64,000 nucleotides of DNA, taken from Malacoraja senta. Lineage: Eukaryota. This document shows positions 26,061-39,870 of this stretch, piece after piece; positions within the stretch are counted from its first letter, which is position 1, and the number at the start of each line of letters is the position of its first letter. Position numbers and translations under genes: made by a program. Under the pieces are notes generated by a model. The model was not told the origin of the DNA. It saw nothing but the letters and a program-made list of their open reading frames with translations, and did no database searches. The DNA is taken from positions 12,650,001-12,714,000 of the forward strand of contig CM075992.1 of the NCBI GenBank assembly GCA_038087875.1. The letters are read 5' to 3'.

Positions 26061-27644
26061 TGGACTTGGACAGAGGTGTTACCAAAGCAAGCTGCGATGC
26101 AACCCAACATTATGCTTTCTGTGATCCATCTGTTGAAGAATGTCTACATTGGAGACATGCTGAATTTCCTTAGTCTCCTGAGGAAATAGATGCATTGGTG
26201 TACCCTCTTGGCTGTCATTTCAATGTGGTTGGTCCATGGCAGACCGTTGATAATATTTATGCCAAGGAAGCTCTCAACCATTTCTATTGTTGCATCATTG
26301 TTGCTGATTGGGTCATGTACTCCACGATGTTATAGAGTCATAGAGTGATGCAGCATGGAAACAGGCTCTTCGGCCCAACTTGCCCATGCAGGCCAACATG
26401 TCCCAGCTACACTTGTCCCACCTGCCAGCGTATTGACCCATATCCCCCAAAACCTGTCCTACCCATGTACCAGTCTAACTGTTTCTTAAACATTGGGATA
26501 ATCCCTGCCTCAACTACCTCTGGCAGCTTCTCCATACACCCACCACCATTTGGGTGAACAAGTTACCCCTCAGATTCCTATGTTTATGAAAGAACTGCAG
26601 ATACTAGAAAAATCAAAGGTAAACAAAAATGCTGGAGAAACGCAACAAGTGACACAGTTTCTATAGAGAGAAGGAATAGGCGATGTTTCAGAATGAAGAA
26701 AGGTCTCGACCAGAAACATTGCCTATTCCTTCTCTCCAGAGATGCTGCGTCACCCGCTGAGTTTCACCAGCACTTTTGTCTACCTCAGATTCCTATTAAA
26801 TCTTTCCCCTTCATCTTAAACCTATATCTTCTGGTCCTCGATTCACCTACTCTGGGCAAGAGACTGTGCATCTAGCCCACCTATTCCTCTCAAGATTTTG
26901 AACACCTTTCTAAGATCTCCCCTCATCCTCCTGCGCTCCAAGGAGTAGAGTCCCAGCCCACTGAACATCTCCCTATAGCTCAGAACCTCTATTCCTGGCA
27001 ACATCCTTGTAAATCTTCTCTGTACCGTTTCCAGCTTGTTTCCTGAAGTCAAGAAATAGCACCTTTGTCTTATTGCTATTGTCCTGACACAATGTTACTT
27101 TGTTCTGTACTCTTGTCTCATCGTTGTTAGTGATCCGGCCCACTGCAGTGGTGTTGTCTACAAACTGATGGAACGCCCAGGAGCAAAGAAGACTGCAAAA
27201 AGTGGTGAACACTGCCCAGTCCATCACGCGTACTAACCTCCCCACCATCTAAGGGATTTACAAGTCACTGCCACAAAAAGGCAGCCAGCATCATCAGGGA
27301 CCCACGCCTCCTTGGCCACACTCATATCACCCCTGCTATCAGGAAGAAGATTTAGGAGCCTGAAAACTGTAATGTTCAGGAACAGATTCTTTCCTGCAGC
27401 GATCAGTCTATTAAACACTACAACCTCTAAATAAGCTCTGAACTACATAGACTTGGGGACATTAGTTTTGTCTTTTTGCGCTATTATTGTTTGTTCCTTT
27501 GTTTGTATGAATATACTAATATACATATATATAGAGATATACAATATATATACTGAAATTTCCAATTCATTGATTATATTGTTAACAGAGTGCTATGTTT
27601 ACATATTCTGTTGTGCCGCTGCAAGTAAGAATCTCTTTTTTTAT

Positions 27645-27757
27645 CCTTGTTCGAGGCGTACCGTGGCCCCATCCCCGAACTCTACCTCCGCTACATCGAC
27701 GACTGCATTGGTGCTACCTCATGTACCCATACAGAACACACTGACTTGATCATTTTC
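27645..27757 (+). mobile_element. PLE RT fragment, split by the L1 insertion; resumes at 34480
   Basis: PELYLRYIDDCIG (PLE RT YIDD motif); continues as NTNFHLALKFTW..LPFLDL at 34480. Confidence 0.85.
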
Positions 27758-28151
27758 TTTTTCTTTTTTAATTTTTATTTATTAGAAGTACATTACATTA
27801 CAACCAATTACATTAGTACTCATCACGTATATTTTATTACAATTAATGTACTCTGTCATTTTTTACACTAATAAAGGGAAAGGATAAGATTGAGAGAAAG
27901 GAGAAAGTGAAGGAAAATAGTAAAAGTGTAAAAAACGTGACAACAAAAAAGAACAAAGACCCTATAAGAAAGACATTTTTTAAAAAAAGAATTAAGAAAT
28001 AGACCCTAAAAAAGAAGAAAAAAGAGAAAGAGGGAAAAGAGAAAAATAAGTACTTTGTTGAAAGCATCACGCAAATGGGACATACCAACTCTCCAGCTTT
28101 CATCCCCCCTTACCTGACCTCAGTTTTATTATTTTTAAGTACTTTTGCACC

Positions 28152-31100
28152 CTATACTTGTAATAATTCTATAAATGCAGACCACATCAGGTGGAAGTGA
28201 TCTGGTTTACCTGCCAGGAGGAGTCTTATCTCTTCTAGGTGTAATGTTTCGAACATATTTGAAATCCACATGTTTATTGTTGGTATTGGAGCGTTTTTCC
28301 AGAATTTTAGGATTAACTTTTTTCCAGTTATTAACCCATAGTCTATTAATTTCTTTTGGAACACTTTTAGTTCTGGACTATCTTCCGTTGTTCCGAAGAT
28401 AATCCATTCTGCTTTGGGTATCAGTTTTATTTTAAATAATTTTGTAAAGACTTCAAAAATTTCAATCCAAAATTTTTGAATTTTTGTACAGAAAACAAAT
28501 GAGTGCGCTATAGTAGCTTCTTGAGATTGACGTTTATCACAAATGGATGATACATTTGGGAAAATTGTATTAATTTTAGTTTTGGAATAATATAATCTAT
28601 GTAAAATTTTAAATTGTATTAAAGTATGTCTTACATTAATCAAACATTTATGCACGTTTAGTAAATGTTCATTCCACCTTTCCTTTGAGATTTTAATAGC
28701 TAATTCTTGTTCCCAGTCTCTTCTAATACCTTCCGTAGATGGTATTTCTATATTTAAGAAAATATTATACAAATAGGATATTAAGTTTGCTGATTCAGCT
28801 TTTATCTGCATTGCTTCATCCAATACCTGCTGGGATATTATAATGATCTTTTGTATATTTTTTCAAATAGTCACATATTTGAAAATATTTAAAATATTGA
28901 TTATTTCCCAGTTTATATTTTATTTGTAAATGTTGGAATGATAATAATTTTCCAGTTTCATACAAGTCACTGAACGTTTTAATTCCTAGTCTATCCCATT
29001 GTATAAAAGATTTGTCTGTAATAGAGGGATTAAAGAAGGGGTTATTAACTATTGGAGATAACAGCGATAGATTTCTTAATTTTAAATTTTGTTTTATTTG
29101 TTTCCAAGTTCTGATTGTACTATGTATAATTGGGTTTTTGTTATAATTTATGTTATTCAGTTTCATTGGTGAGAGGAGGATCGCTCCAATGTTTCCAGAG
29201 GAGCAGTCCTCTCTCTCCATTACAATCCAGTCCACTTGCTGGGCAGAGGTGTCCATCAGTTGAATCATATTTTTAATATTTACTGACCAATAATAATACA
29301 TGAAGTTAGGGAGTGCTAAGCCCCCTAATACTTTAGCTTTGTTCAAGTGTGTTCTTTGTATTCTATGTGATTTATAGTCCCATATAAAATTAGTAATGTC
29401 TGAATCCAGTTTAAAAAAAAACTTCTTTGGTAGGTATATAGGAATCGATTGATATAGGTATAAAATTTGTGGTAAGAAGATCATTTTTATTGCATTTATT
29501 CGGCCTATTAAAGACATTGGGAGCGTTTTCCAAAATGTAATTAGTATATTTAATTTATTAAGTAAAGGATCAAAATTTGCTTTAAACATGCCTTGGTATG
29601 TTCTAGTGATTTCAATACCCAAGTATTTAAATTTTTCTGTAGCTATTTTAAAAGGGAATTTTAAAAGATGTGTTGAGTCTTTCGGTTTTATTGACATAAT
29701 TTCACTTTTATACCAATTTATTCTGTATCCAGAAAAAGATCCAAAGTCCTCAATTAAATTTAATATATTTGGTATAGTAATTTGAGGTTTTGTAATGTAC
29801 AATAATATATCATCCGCGTATAAAGATATTTTATTATTTGAATATTTAGTATTATACCCATGGATATCTGGATGTGCTAATTTTTTCTGCTAACGGTTCA
29901 ATTATGAGAGCAAACAACTGTGGTGATAATGAGCATCCTTGTCTATTTCCCCTTGATAGTTGAAATTTCAAGGATAATATGTTATTAGTTAATATTCTAG
30001 CTGTAGGTTTATTATATAATAGTTTAATCCATAAAATAAAATTCTCTCCCAGTTGGAATTTTTGTAATACTTTATCCATATAATTCCATTCTACTTGGTC
30101 AAATGCTTTTTCAGCGTCCAACGAAATAATTGATAATTCTTGTTGTTCAATTTTATGTGTGCATTATATTGAGTAGACGTCTCATATTATTAGATGAATA
30201 TCTCTTAGGGATAAACCCCGTCTGATCTGGGTTTATTAATTTACTAATATATTTACTTAATCTTCTAGCTAATGTTTTCGCTAATATTTTTTGAACTGTA
30301 TTTAACAATGCTATAGCTCTATATGAACCCGGTTCTTCTATATCTTTGTCTTTTTTAAGTATTCGTGTGATCGTTGATTCAGCTAATGTATCAGGTAATA
30401 TTTGTTTTTTAAAAGCATATTGATACACTTTTTGTAATCGTGGTATAATCTTGTCACAGAAGCTTTTATAAAATTCATTTGTAAATCCATCAGGACCTGG
30501 TGTTTTTCCATTCTTTAATGAGTTTATTGTATCTTCTAATTCCTTAATTGAGATTTGTGCACCCAATTCCTCTTGTTCCTTCAACTCTAACTTTGGAAGA
30601 TTACAATTATCCAAGAACTCTGTAATTTTATTGGAGTCAGTTGTCGTTTTAGATGTATACAAATTCTCATAAAATTGCGCAAATCTTTTATTAATATCCT
30701 TCGGTATGGTTAATAACTCCCCTCTATCTGATTTAATCTTTGGGATCGTATGTTCTTTTTCTCGTTTTTTTAGCTGGCGAGCCAAAAGTTTATGCGGTTT
30801 ATCCACAAATTCAAAGTGCTCCTGTTGGAAAACTCTTATAAGTTTGGCTGATAATAGTTTATTTAATTTAAATTTCAAAATTATTATTTTATTATATTTA
30901 TCTATTGATGGATCTTTGGCATTATCTATATCCATTTGTCTAATAAGTTCTTCTAACTGTCTTTATTCTTTTTATTTTGAAAAGCTTGGTATGAGATTAT
31001 AACTCCTCGAATAAATGCTTTAAAAGATTCCCATAATAAAGTAGGTGATATATCTGGAGTGTCATTTATTTCAAAAAAGACGTCCATTTGTTCTTTTAAA

Positions 31101-32319
31101 TATATACTCGCTTGCGGATCTTTTAGGATTTGAGAATTGAATCTCCAAAACGATTTATTCTTAGACATTCCTTCCAGTTTTAAAAAGAAAGTTAGTGGTG
31201 AATGGTCTGAAATCGAATTTGTATGGTATGCTGGGTTCACAGTGTGAGGGATTAATTTTGTATCCACCAGGAAATAATCTATACGTGAGTATGTTTTATG
31301 TACCATTGAATAAAATGAGTATTCCCTGCCAGTTGGATTAGCAATTCTCCAAACATCTGCTATATTAGTATTGTTTATATAAGTATTTAAAGGTTCACCG
31401 GTTTTAGATTTCGTTTTCCGTCTCTGTTTTTGGCTTGATTTGTCTAAATACGGATCTAAAACACAGTTAAAGTCTCCTCCTATTACAACATTTTGATAAT
31501 TAAACTCTGCGATTATGTTCAGAATTTTATTGAAAAAATGAGGGTTGTCAAAGTTAGGCACGTAAATATTTACCAAAGTAATTGGAGTATCGTGAATTTC
31601 TCCATTAACTATCAAATATCTCCCTTCAATGTCTGTTATGGTATTCTTTGCTTTGAATGGTATACCTTTTCTAATAATAATTGACGTACCTCTAGATTTC
31701 GAAGTATATGAGGAATGGTATATTTGACCTATCCATTTCGCCCTCAACCTAGCTTGATCCTGAGATTTTAGATGAGTTTCTTGTAAGAAGATAATGTCAG
31801 GAACCTGACTAATGCTCGGGCTAAAGAATGGATGAAATGCTATACTCTGAAATGTACGAATATATCTCGAATGAAGTTTTTTATTTTAATAAATTTTTCC
31901 ATTCTTCTTTAACCATCTTTTTCTTTTTTGTTTTTTTGTTTTTTTTGTTTTTTTTGTTTTTTGTTTTTTTTGTTTTTTTGTTTTCTCTTTTCTCTTTTTC
32001 TTCTCACTCTTTTCTTTCTTTACTTCATCTATCTTTTTAGTTCTATCTAGTTTTTTAAAAAAAGGCACAAGGTATTGGAGACAATGTAATAATAATTGAT
32101 AATATTATCAGTTTAAAAATGTAAGACTGTAATGATGTTAATAGGTTGTGTACTTTTCTCCAATAAAAAATATTTTCAAAAAAAAAAAAGAAGATAGTCA
32201 GAATTGTACAGTTTCAGCTGAGCTAGTATCTTACCCCTTTTAATAGGTTCGTTAATACCTCTTATATTCCAACTGCAGAATGAGACTCCTCCTAGGTTCT
32301 TTTGTTTAGCATCTTGCAT
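28152..32319 (-). pseudogene. L1 ORF2 (APE endonuclease, RT, zinc knuckle); frameshifted and interrupted
   Basis: MQDAKQ..SWNIRG..LQETHL, GGDFN, YSRIDY, SDH, KTPGPDG, DAEKAFD, RQGCSLSP, LYADD, KYLGI, CDK..H. Confidence 0.95.
31794..32187 (+). mobile_element. Short L1 3' UTR/poly(A) insertion within the L1 endonuclease domain
   Basis: TSD AAGAAGATA at 31785-31793 and 32188-32196; T-rich UTR, aataaa and A-tail. Confidence 0.85.
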
Positions 32320-33199
32320 TTTGAGTAATTATAGTACCTTTAAATCTTGTGGTGCATCCATATCCCAGGTCTTTGGGTATTGGGGGAACCTTTGAATTTC
32401 TAAGTTATGTTGGCATATCCCTTTTACGCTTATCACTAAACACAAAACACAAACATGTGAATTTATGTGATAATAATAAAAAAATAAAAAAAATTGAAAA
32501 AGTGAAAATACAGTGTCTAAAATAGTCGACACTGTAACAAGTGGCCCACCTGTTGGTGGGAGAAAACCTTGTTTCGACTTCCATTGTTGGTGTTAAGCAA
32601 ATAACTCCGCTCTCTTGGTTAATCATAACATATTAGAATGGGGCCTCACATTCAGATATATAATACAAATTTACCCTATATATTTCATTATAACATATCA
32701 TATATAGATCGCAATTTTAGCTACTAATTATTAAACAAATGATTTTAGCTTCAATAATAGTCAACTGTTGGTTGAAGGGGTTAACGAAACGCGTCCCTGG
32801 ACCTAAGCCAGGTGCTCATTTCTCATCCCCTCCTCCCAGTTATAGATAAGGTTTGGATTTAGTAAAAATTTATATTAGTTTTGTTAGTTCGTTATTTTTT
32901 ATTTTTATTAGCGTCCGTTACTATGCTAGTCTAATATTGATAACTTGTTAAATTGTTAGGTTGTTAATAGGATCAATTCTTACAATTGGATTTAATATTA
33001 TAATCTATTAAACAATTAATGCTTCTGGTATCGTCCATTCTCTTCAGTTCGGCTGTTTACTTCGTTTGGAACACAGAGTGTCCTTGAATCAAAATTCCAC
33101 AGATAACAGTCTCGCCATCCCAAACAAAACACTGCTTGAAATGGTTCTAAGCTGCCAAACCTCCATTAAACGTGGAATTCTAATTTAAAAAAAGGATTA

Positions 33200-34282
33200 A
33201 TTCATACCATTAATTTCTACTTTTCGACAATGCTCTGGGCATATTTGTACACCTCCTCCGGTTTTACAAATGATCTTTCACTACCATTAAAAGAAATACG
33301 CATTTTGGCTGGATAAAAAACACGGTATCTGACACCTTGTTTCCCTCTTAAAAGTTATTTTGCCTTCCCGAATTGATTTCTCTTTTGCACAATTTCATAC
33401 GGATAGTCCCTGAATATTTTGATAATGTCCTTATCCATCCGTAATTGCACTCCGTATTTAATTTTGCTCATCACCTCTTCCAGTTCTGAAATGTCCCAAA
33501 ATTTCACAATAATATGTCGTAGGTGGTCTTTTCCAGCTTGAGATCTCGGTTTAAATCTTGGAACACGATGAGCCACTTCAATTTTCGGTTCTTTGGAGAG
33601 ATTAAGCAAATGTTTAAGTAAATCCATGGCAAACTCACGAATGTCCCTTCCCTCAGCTCCCTCTGACTCCAAGAATTCGCAAATTCTGGCGTCTAGAGCG
33701 AGCTTCCAGGTCCAGGCATTTGTCTGAGACTTTCCCCAGTTGAGTCGTCATCTGTACTGAGGTTTGCTCATATTCTTGCTTCCTTTGATCATGTTCTTGC
33801 CTCATTTTCACCATGTCTTCAACCACTCGAGCCATATTTTTCTCCAATTCCGTAATTGTGACCATACTTGCAGCTACTGTTTCAAGCACAGCCGTGATCC
33901 TGTCCGTATTAATTTTATCCATCTTATCCATTCTCCCCGATCGTCCATCTTTCACATCCTCAATTTGTTTATTTATAGTGTCCAGTGAATCAGCCACCTT
34001 CTGATTTCCAGCATTCGAGTCCTACATCATCTTTTCGATTTTTTCCATCATTTGTCCCATCAGAATTTTATTTTCATTCATAATTTCATCTTTCATATCC
34101 ATCACTGATTTCTTCAAATCCTCAAGTTCTTTATCCTTAGTCATCTCTGTCTTAGATCTTGTATCCATTTCTGCAGCCACTTCAGAAACTTCAGAGGTAC
34201 CTTCTCCTTCAGGATTCTTCAGTTTTTTCAGCAGTTTTTTAACTGTTCTCTGAGGGCTCTTGGCTGGAGCCAGTTTTCTCAT
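33200..34282 (-). pseudogene. L1 ORF1 (coiled coil plus RRM), disrupted
   Basis: Heptad-rich segments, DLEARSRRQNLRILGV, IEVAHRV, IIVKF, IKIFRDY. Confidence 0.9.
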
Positions 34283-34479
34283 TTAAAAGTCTATAAGCCA
34301 CCGTTTAAAACATCGCGCTTACGGATGACGTCATCAGCCCAGCGACCAGAAGCTCCGGTAAGGTTTTTAATCCAATTCCGACTTATGGACCTATTTTTAC
34401 GTGAAAAATCGCGAAGTTTTTCGAGAGTGGAGCTAGGTGCACGTCTGTTAATCTAACATGGCGCCACCAGAAGTTTGAC
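34283..34479 (-). promoter_or_regulatory. L1 5' UTR internal promoter candidate
   Basis: CpG-rich. YY1-type GCGCCATGTT close to the element's 5' end; CRE palindrome TGACGTCA at 34326-34333. Confidence 0.5.
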
Positions 34480-37090
34480 GATCATTTTCAACACTAACTT
34501 CCATCTGGCACTCAAATTCACCTGGACCATTTCCGACATCTCCCTACCGTTTCTAGACCTCACTATCTCCATCGCAGGTAACAGACTACTGACAGACATC
34601 TACTATAAACCCACTGACTCCCATGGCTATCTGGAATACACTTCTTCCCACCCTGCTTCCTGTAAGGACTCTATCCCCTAATCCCAATTCCTCCGTCTAT
34701 GCCGCATCTGCACCCAGGATGAGGTGTTCCAAACCAGGGCATCTGATATGTCCTCATTCTTTAGAGGACAGGGGTTCCCCTCTATAGATGAGGCTCTCAC
34801 CAGGGTCTCTTCTATACCCCATAATTCTGCTCTCACTCCCCATCCCCCCACCAGTAACAAGGGCAGAGTCCCCCTTGTCCTCACCTTCCACCCTATCAGC
34901 CGTCACATTCAACAGATAATCATCCGACATTTTCGCCACCTCCAACAGGATCCCATCACTGGCCACATCTTCTAACTCTCTCTCTCTCTCTCTCTTAGGT
35001 GCAGGAAGAGGCCATTCGGCTCTTCGAGCCAGCACCGCCATTCATTGTGATCATGGCTGATCGTCCCCAATCAATAACCCGTGCCTGCCTTGTTCCCATA
35101 TCCCTTGATTCCACTAGCCCCTGGAGCTCTATCTAACTCTCTCATCTAACTCTCACCTTCCCATCTCCTCCCCTTTCGGCTTTCTGCAGATATGGCTCCC
35201 TCCATAACTCCCTGATCAATTCGTCCTTTCCCACCCAAACCACCCCCTCCTTACCGACATCCTTACCGATATCCTTACCGATAGACTCCTTACCGACATC
35301 CACTACAAACCTACCGACTCCCATGGCTATCTGGACTACACTTCTTCCCACCCTGCTTCCTGTAAGGACTCCATCCCCCACTCCCAATTCCTCCGTCTAC
35401 GCCGCATCTGCTCCCAGGATGAGGCGTTCCACACCAGGGCATCTGAAATGTCCTCATTCTTCAGGGAACGGGGGTTCCCCTCCTCCACCATAGATGAGGC
35501 TCGCACCAGGGTCTCTGCCATACCCCGCAACACTGCTCTCTCTCCCCATCCCCCCACTCACAACAAAGGCAGAGTCCCCCTAGTCCTCACCTTTCACCCC
35601 ACCAGCCGTCACATACAACAAGTGATCCTCCGTCAGTTTCGCCACCTCCAACGTGACCCCACCACTCGCCACATCTTCCCATCTCCCCCCATGTCTGCCT
35701 TCCGCAAAGACCGCTCCCTCCGTAACTCCCTTGTCAATTCTTCCCTTCCCTCCCATACCACCCCCTCCCCTGGTACTTACCCATGCAACCGCAAGAGATG
35801 CAACACTTGTCCCTTCACCTCCCCCCTCCACTCCATTCAAGGACCCAAGCAGTCGTTCCAGGTGCGACAGAGGTTCACCTGCATCTCCTCCAACCTCATC
35901 TATTGCATTCGCTGCTATAGATGCCAGCTGATCTACATCGGTGAGACCAAACGGAGGCTTGGCGATCGTTTCGCCGAACACCTCCGGTCGGTCCGCAATA
36001 ACCAACCTGACCTCCCGGTGGCTCAGCAGTTCAACTCCCCCTCCCATTCCATATCTGACCTCTCTGTCCTGGGTCTCCTCCATGGCCACAGCGAGCAACA
36101 CCGTAAATTGGAGGAAATGCACCTCATATTCCGCTTGGGCAGTCTACATCCTGGGGGCCTCAACATTGAATTCTCCCAATTCTGCTAGCCCTTGCTGTCC
36201 CCTCCCCTTCATCAGCCATCTGGTTGTCTCCTCCCCTCCCCCAGCCCTCGGGCTCCTCCTCCGCCTTTGTCCTTTTTTCCTTTCTTCTCCCCACCCCCTA
36301 TCAGTCTGAAGAAGGGTTTCGGCCCGAAACGTTACCTATTTCCTTCGCTCCATAGATGCTGCTGCACCCGCTGAGTTTCTCCAGCATTTTTGTGTACCTT
36401 CGATTTTCCAGCATCTGCAGTTCCGTCTTTAACACCCCCTCCTCTGGTACTTTCCCTTTCAACCGCAGGAAATGCTACAATTGTCGCTTTACCTCCCCCC
36501 TTGACTCCATCCAAGGACCTAACCAGTCTTTCCAGGTGCAGCAGAGGTTTACCTGCACCTCCTCCAACCTCATCTATTGCATCCGCTGCTCTACGTGTCA
36601 GCTGCTCTACATCGGTGAGACCAAGCGCAGGCTTGGCGATCGCTTCGCCCAACACCTCCGCTCAGTTCGCAATAACCAACCTGTTCTCCCGGTGGCTCAG
36701 CACTTCAACACCCCCTCCCATTCCGAATCCGACCTTTCTGTCCTGGGCCTCCTCCATGGCCACAGTGAGTCCCACTGTAAATTGGAGGAGCAGCTCCTCA
36801 TATTTTGCTTGGGTAGTTTACACCCCAGCGGTATCAACATTGACTTCTCCAATTTCAGGTAGTCCTTGCTTTCTCCCTCTTTCCCCTCCCGTTCCCAGCT
36901 CTCCCACAGCCCACTGTCTCTGCCTCTTCCTTTCTTCTTCCCACCCCCACCACCCCCACACATGTCTGAAGAAGGGTCTCGACCCGAAACTTCACCTATT
37001 CCTTCGCTCCATGAATGCTGCCTCACCCGCTGAGTTTCTCCAGCATTTTTAACTACCTTCGATTTTTCCAGCATCTGCAGTTCCTTCTTA
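34480..37090 (+). mobile_element. Partially tandem Penelope-like elements (three overlapping/tandem units; CR1 tail fragment at ~34975-35150)
   Basis: Repeated RT-thumb and GIY-YIG segments; terminal repeats at ~36300-36430 and ~36960-37090. Confidence 0.9.
35448..36188 (+). pseudogene. PLE ORF C-terminus: linker with CxxxxCxxC and GIY-YIG endonuclease
   Basis: PCNRKRCNTC..FTCISSNLIYCIRCYRCQLIYIGETKRRLGDRFAEH..LEE..IFRLGS..GLN. Confidence 0.9.
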
Positions 37091-37596
37091 ATCATTTTTG
37101 TGATTGGGACATGTGAGAATAAAACACTCTTGACTCTTGAGTTTGAGCTGAATTTGTCCACACAGTCATGAGTGTTTTGGGAGTATAGCAGGGACTGAGA
37201 AGGGATCCAGTGGGACAACTGTGTTGAGAGTTATTGTGGAGGATGTGTTTTTACCTCTCCCTACTGATCGTGCTCTGGGTCAGAAAGTCGAGGATCAAGT
37301 GGCAGAGGAGTGTATATAAAATGTAGGATTAATGGAGGTGGGCGGTTGATTGTTGCACGGACTCAAGGGCCCGTTTCTCTGCTGTATGACTAACTCTAAC
37401 TGGTGTATGACTAACTTTAACAGCTCTCAGCAGTTTTCTTCATCACATATTTGAGGAGCTGCTGAACTTTTCTGTTAATGTTGTCAATTGGCAAAGCATT
37501 AACCATAATCATTCTCCTTTGCAGCTCTGTGGGAACGGAATAATGTATGGACATGGATTCTTCCAATATCTGACCCTGTTCTGGTTGTTTTTGCAG

Positions 37597-37683
37597 TGAT
37601 TTACAAAAGCCATCTGACGTTTCTAGTTCCAACCAAAGACTGTACAGAAGGATACGTGAAAGCAACCAATAGGACGTGTATTG
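37597..37683 (+). CDS. Putative coding exon 2 of the ADGRE-like gene ((V)IYKSHLTFLVPTKDCTEGYVKATNRTCI)
   Basis: Branch-point-like CTGAC and ttgtttttgcAG acceptor; 87 nt, phase 1-1; G|GTGAGT donor. C-x-x-G-Y...C-I-D leads in frame into DEDEC of the next exon. Confidence 0.75.
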
Positions 37684-38664
37684 GTGAGTCAGAATACAAT
37701 TTCACTTGAGAACGTTCATTCTATCGTTCTATTCTATCCTTTGTATCACTACCTGTCAGCCAGGGCTCAGCAAAAGAAATAAGCAACATATTTTCTTGGA
37801 CTATTCACAAGTAAACGATCCCTTGGAGTTGAAGGTGAATGGGGTGGCTGTTGTGTCCCAACATCCACACTTACAGACTGGACCAGGGCAGGTGGGCTTC
37901 TGGGTATCACAGGAACAGAATGTAGAGCAGGAGCAGGCCATTTGGCCCATCGATCCTGTTCAACCATTCAGAATGATCCCGGCTGATCACCCACACTCTG
38001 TGTCCAGTTGCAGCTTTACCCACAGCCCTTGTTCCCTTTAACCCCAGAAATATCCAACCACTTACATATATTTAATGATTTGGCTTCAACACATTTCAGT
38101 GGTGGAGAGTTTCACAGATTCACCATTCTCTGGGAGAAGACGTTTCCTGTCAGCCCCCTTCTTAACTGGCTGACCACTGACCTTTAGCCTGTGACCTCTG
38201 GCCCAAGAGTCCTTGACCATCAGGAACACCTTCCTGCATCCAGTTCTATTTGTGTTCAGTAGAGTCTATGACATCCCTCTCAGTCTCCTAAATTCTAATG
38301 AAGGTGGCCCTAATTAATACACTCTCCATTTATCAGTCTTGCCATCCAGTATCTGCCAGAGAGTCAGTGACATAGAGCATGAAAACAGGCCCTTCGGCCC
38401 AACTTGTCCATGCTGATCAAAGTTCTTCACATTTGGCCATGTTTGTCTCATATCCTACTCAACCTTTCCTATCCATCTACCTGTCAAAGTGTTAAATGTA
38501 GTTGATAGCACCTGCCTCAACTACCTCCTCTGGCAGCTCATTCCATATCCCCACCATCCTTGAGTGAACAAGCCTCCCTCAGGTTTGTGTTACCATAAAC
38601 GCATGTCTCCTTGTTTTTGATTCCCCTGCTGTGGGTAAAAGACTGTGCATTCACTGTATCTATT

Positions 38665-38970
38665 TGGTTTAGCGATGCAGCATGAAAGGCTCTTAATCCA
38701 CCAAGACTATGCTGACCATTGATCACTCATTCACATGAGTTCTGTTTTGTCCCACTTTCTCATCTTCTCCGTACACACTAGGGGAAATTTGCTGAGGGCC
38801 AATTCAACTGCAAACCTGCACATCGTTGGGATGAGGGAGGAAACTGGAGAAGCCAAAGTAATCCCACACAGTCACAGGGAGAACGTGCAAACTTCACACA
38901 GATGACACCCAAGGTCAGGATCGAACCTCGGTCTCTGGCACTGTGAGGTGGTAGCTCGACCAGCTGTGTC
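38665..38970 (-). mobile_element. tRNA-derived SINE nested in a CR1 3' fragment
   Basis: gtcacagggagaacgtgcaaact..ggtcaggatcgaacc..tctctggcactgtgagg. Confidence 0.7.
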
Positions 38971-39414
38971 AACCTAAACACTTTCTGACTTTCTACATCT
39001 CTGGAGGAACAACCTTCAGCCTCCTACGCTCCAATGAATAAAGTCCTAGACTGCCCAACCTCTCCCTATAGCTCATCCCCTAAAGTCATGGTAATATCCT
39101 TGAAAATCTTCTCTGTCTGCTTTCCAACTTAATGACATCCTTCCTGTGGCTGGATGACCAAAACTGGTCAGTACTACCCATGGGCATAAAGTAACTCAGC
39201 AGGTCAGGCAGCATCTCTGGAGAACTTCAATAGGTGACATTTCAGGTCAGGAACACTGATTACAGAGGATATTTAAAATATTTAATCTGAAGAAAGATCC
39301 TGAAGTTTGAAAAGTCTGATGAAGGATCCCAAACTGAAACATGCTGCCTAACACATTGAGTTACTGCTATTATCATAAAATGCCTTTAGAAAATTCCTTG
39401 CAGCCTGTATACTT

Positions 39415-39870
39415 TGTTGTGGATAAGTTACAGAGAAAGGTTGAACAAGATAGGTCTTTATTCTTTGGAGCGCAGAAGGTTAAGGGGGGACTTGATAGAG
39501 GTCTTTAAAATGATGAGAGGGATAGACAGAGTTGACGTGGATAAGCTTTTTCCATTGAGAGTAGGGAAGATTCAAACAAGAGGACATTTGAGAATTAAGG
39601 GACAGAAGTTTTGGGGTAACATGAGGGGGAACGTCTTTACTCAGAGAGTGGTAGCTGTGTGGAATGAGCTTCCAGTGGGTGGCGGAGGCAGGTTCGATTT
39701 TCTCATTTAAAAATAAATTGGATAGGTATATGGATGGGAAAGGAATGGAGGGTTATGGTCTGAGTGCAGGTAGATGGGACTAGGTGAGAGTAAGTGTTCG
39801 GCATGGACCAGAAGGGCCGAGATGTCCTGTTTCCGTGCTGTAATTGTTATATGATTATATGGTTATATGG
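39415..39870 (+). mobile_element. CR1 3' fragment (third subfamily)
   Basis: SYRERL..LERRRLRGDLIEVFK..WNELP; (ttatatgg)n tail. Confidence 0.85.

Larger units (their letters stand above)
27758..34479 (-). mobile_element. Full-length (~6.7 kb) decayed L1-clade LINE
   Basis: 10-bp TSD GATCATTTTC at 27748-27757 and 34480-34489. Contains CpG-rich 5' UTR, ORF1, inter-ORF spacer, ORF2 and T-rich tail at the left end. Confidence 0.95.

Noticed and set aside
37417..37665. 82-aa minus-strand ORF as a gene
   Set aside because: No recognisable motif; the + strand has a better-supported exon with splice signals.
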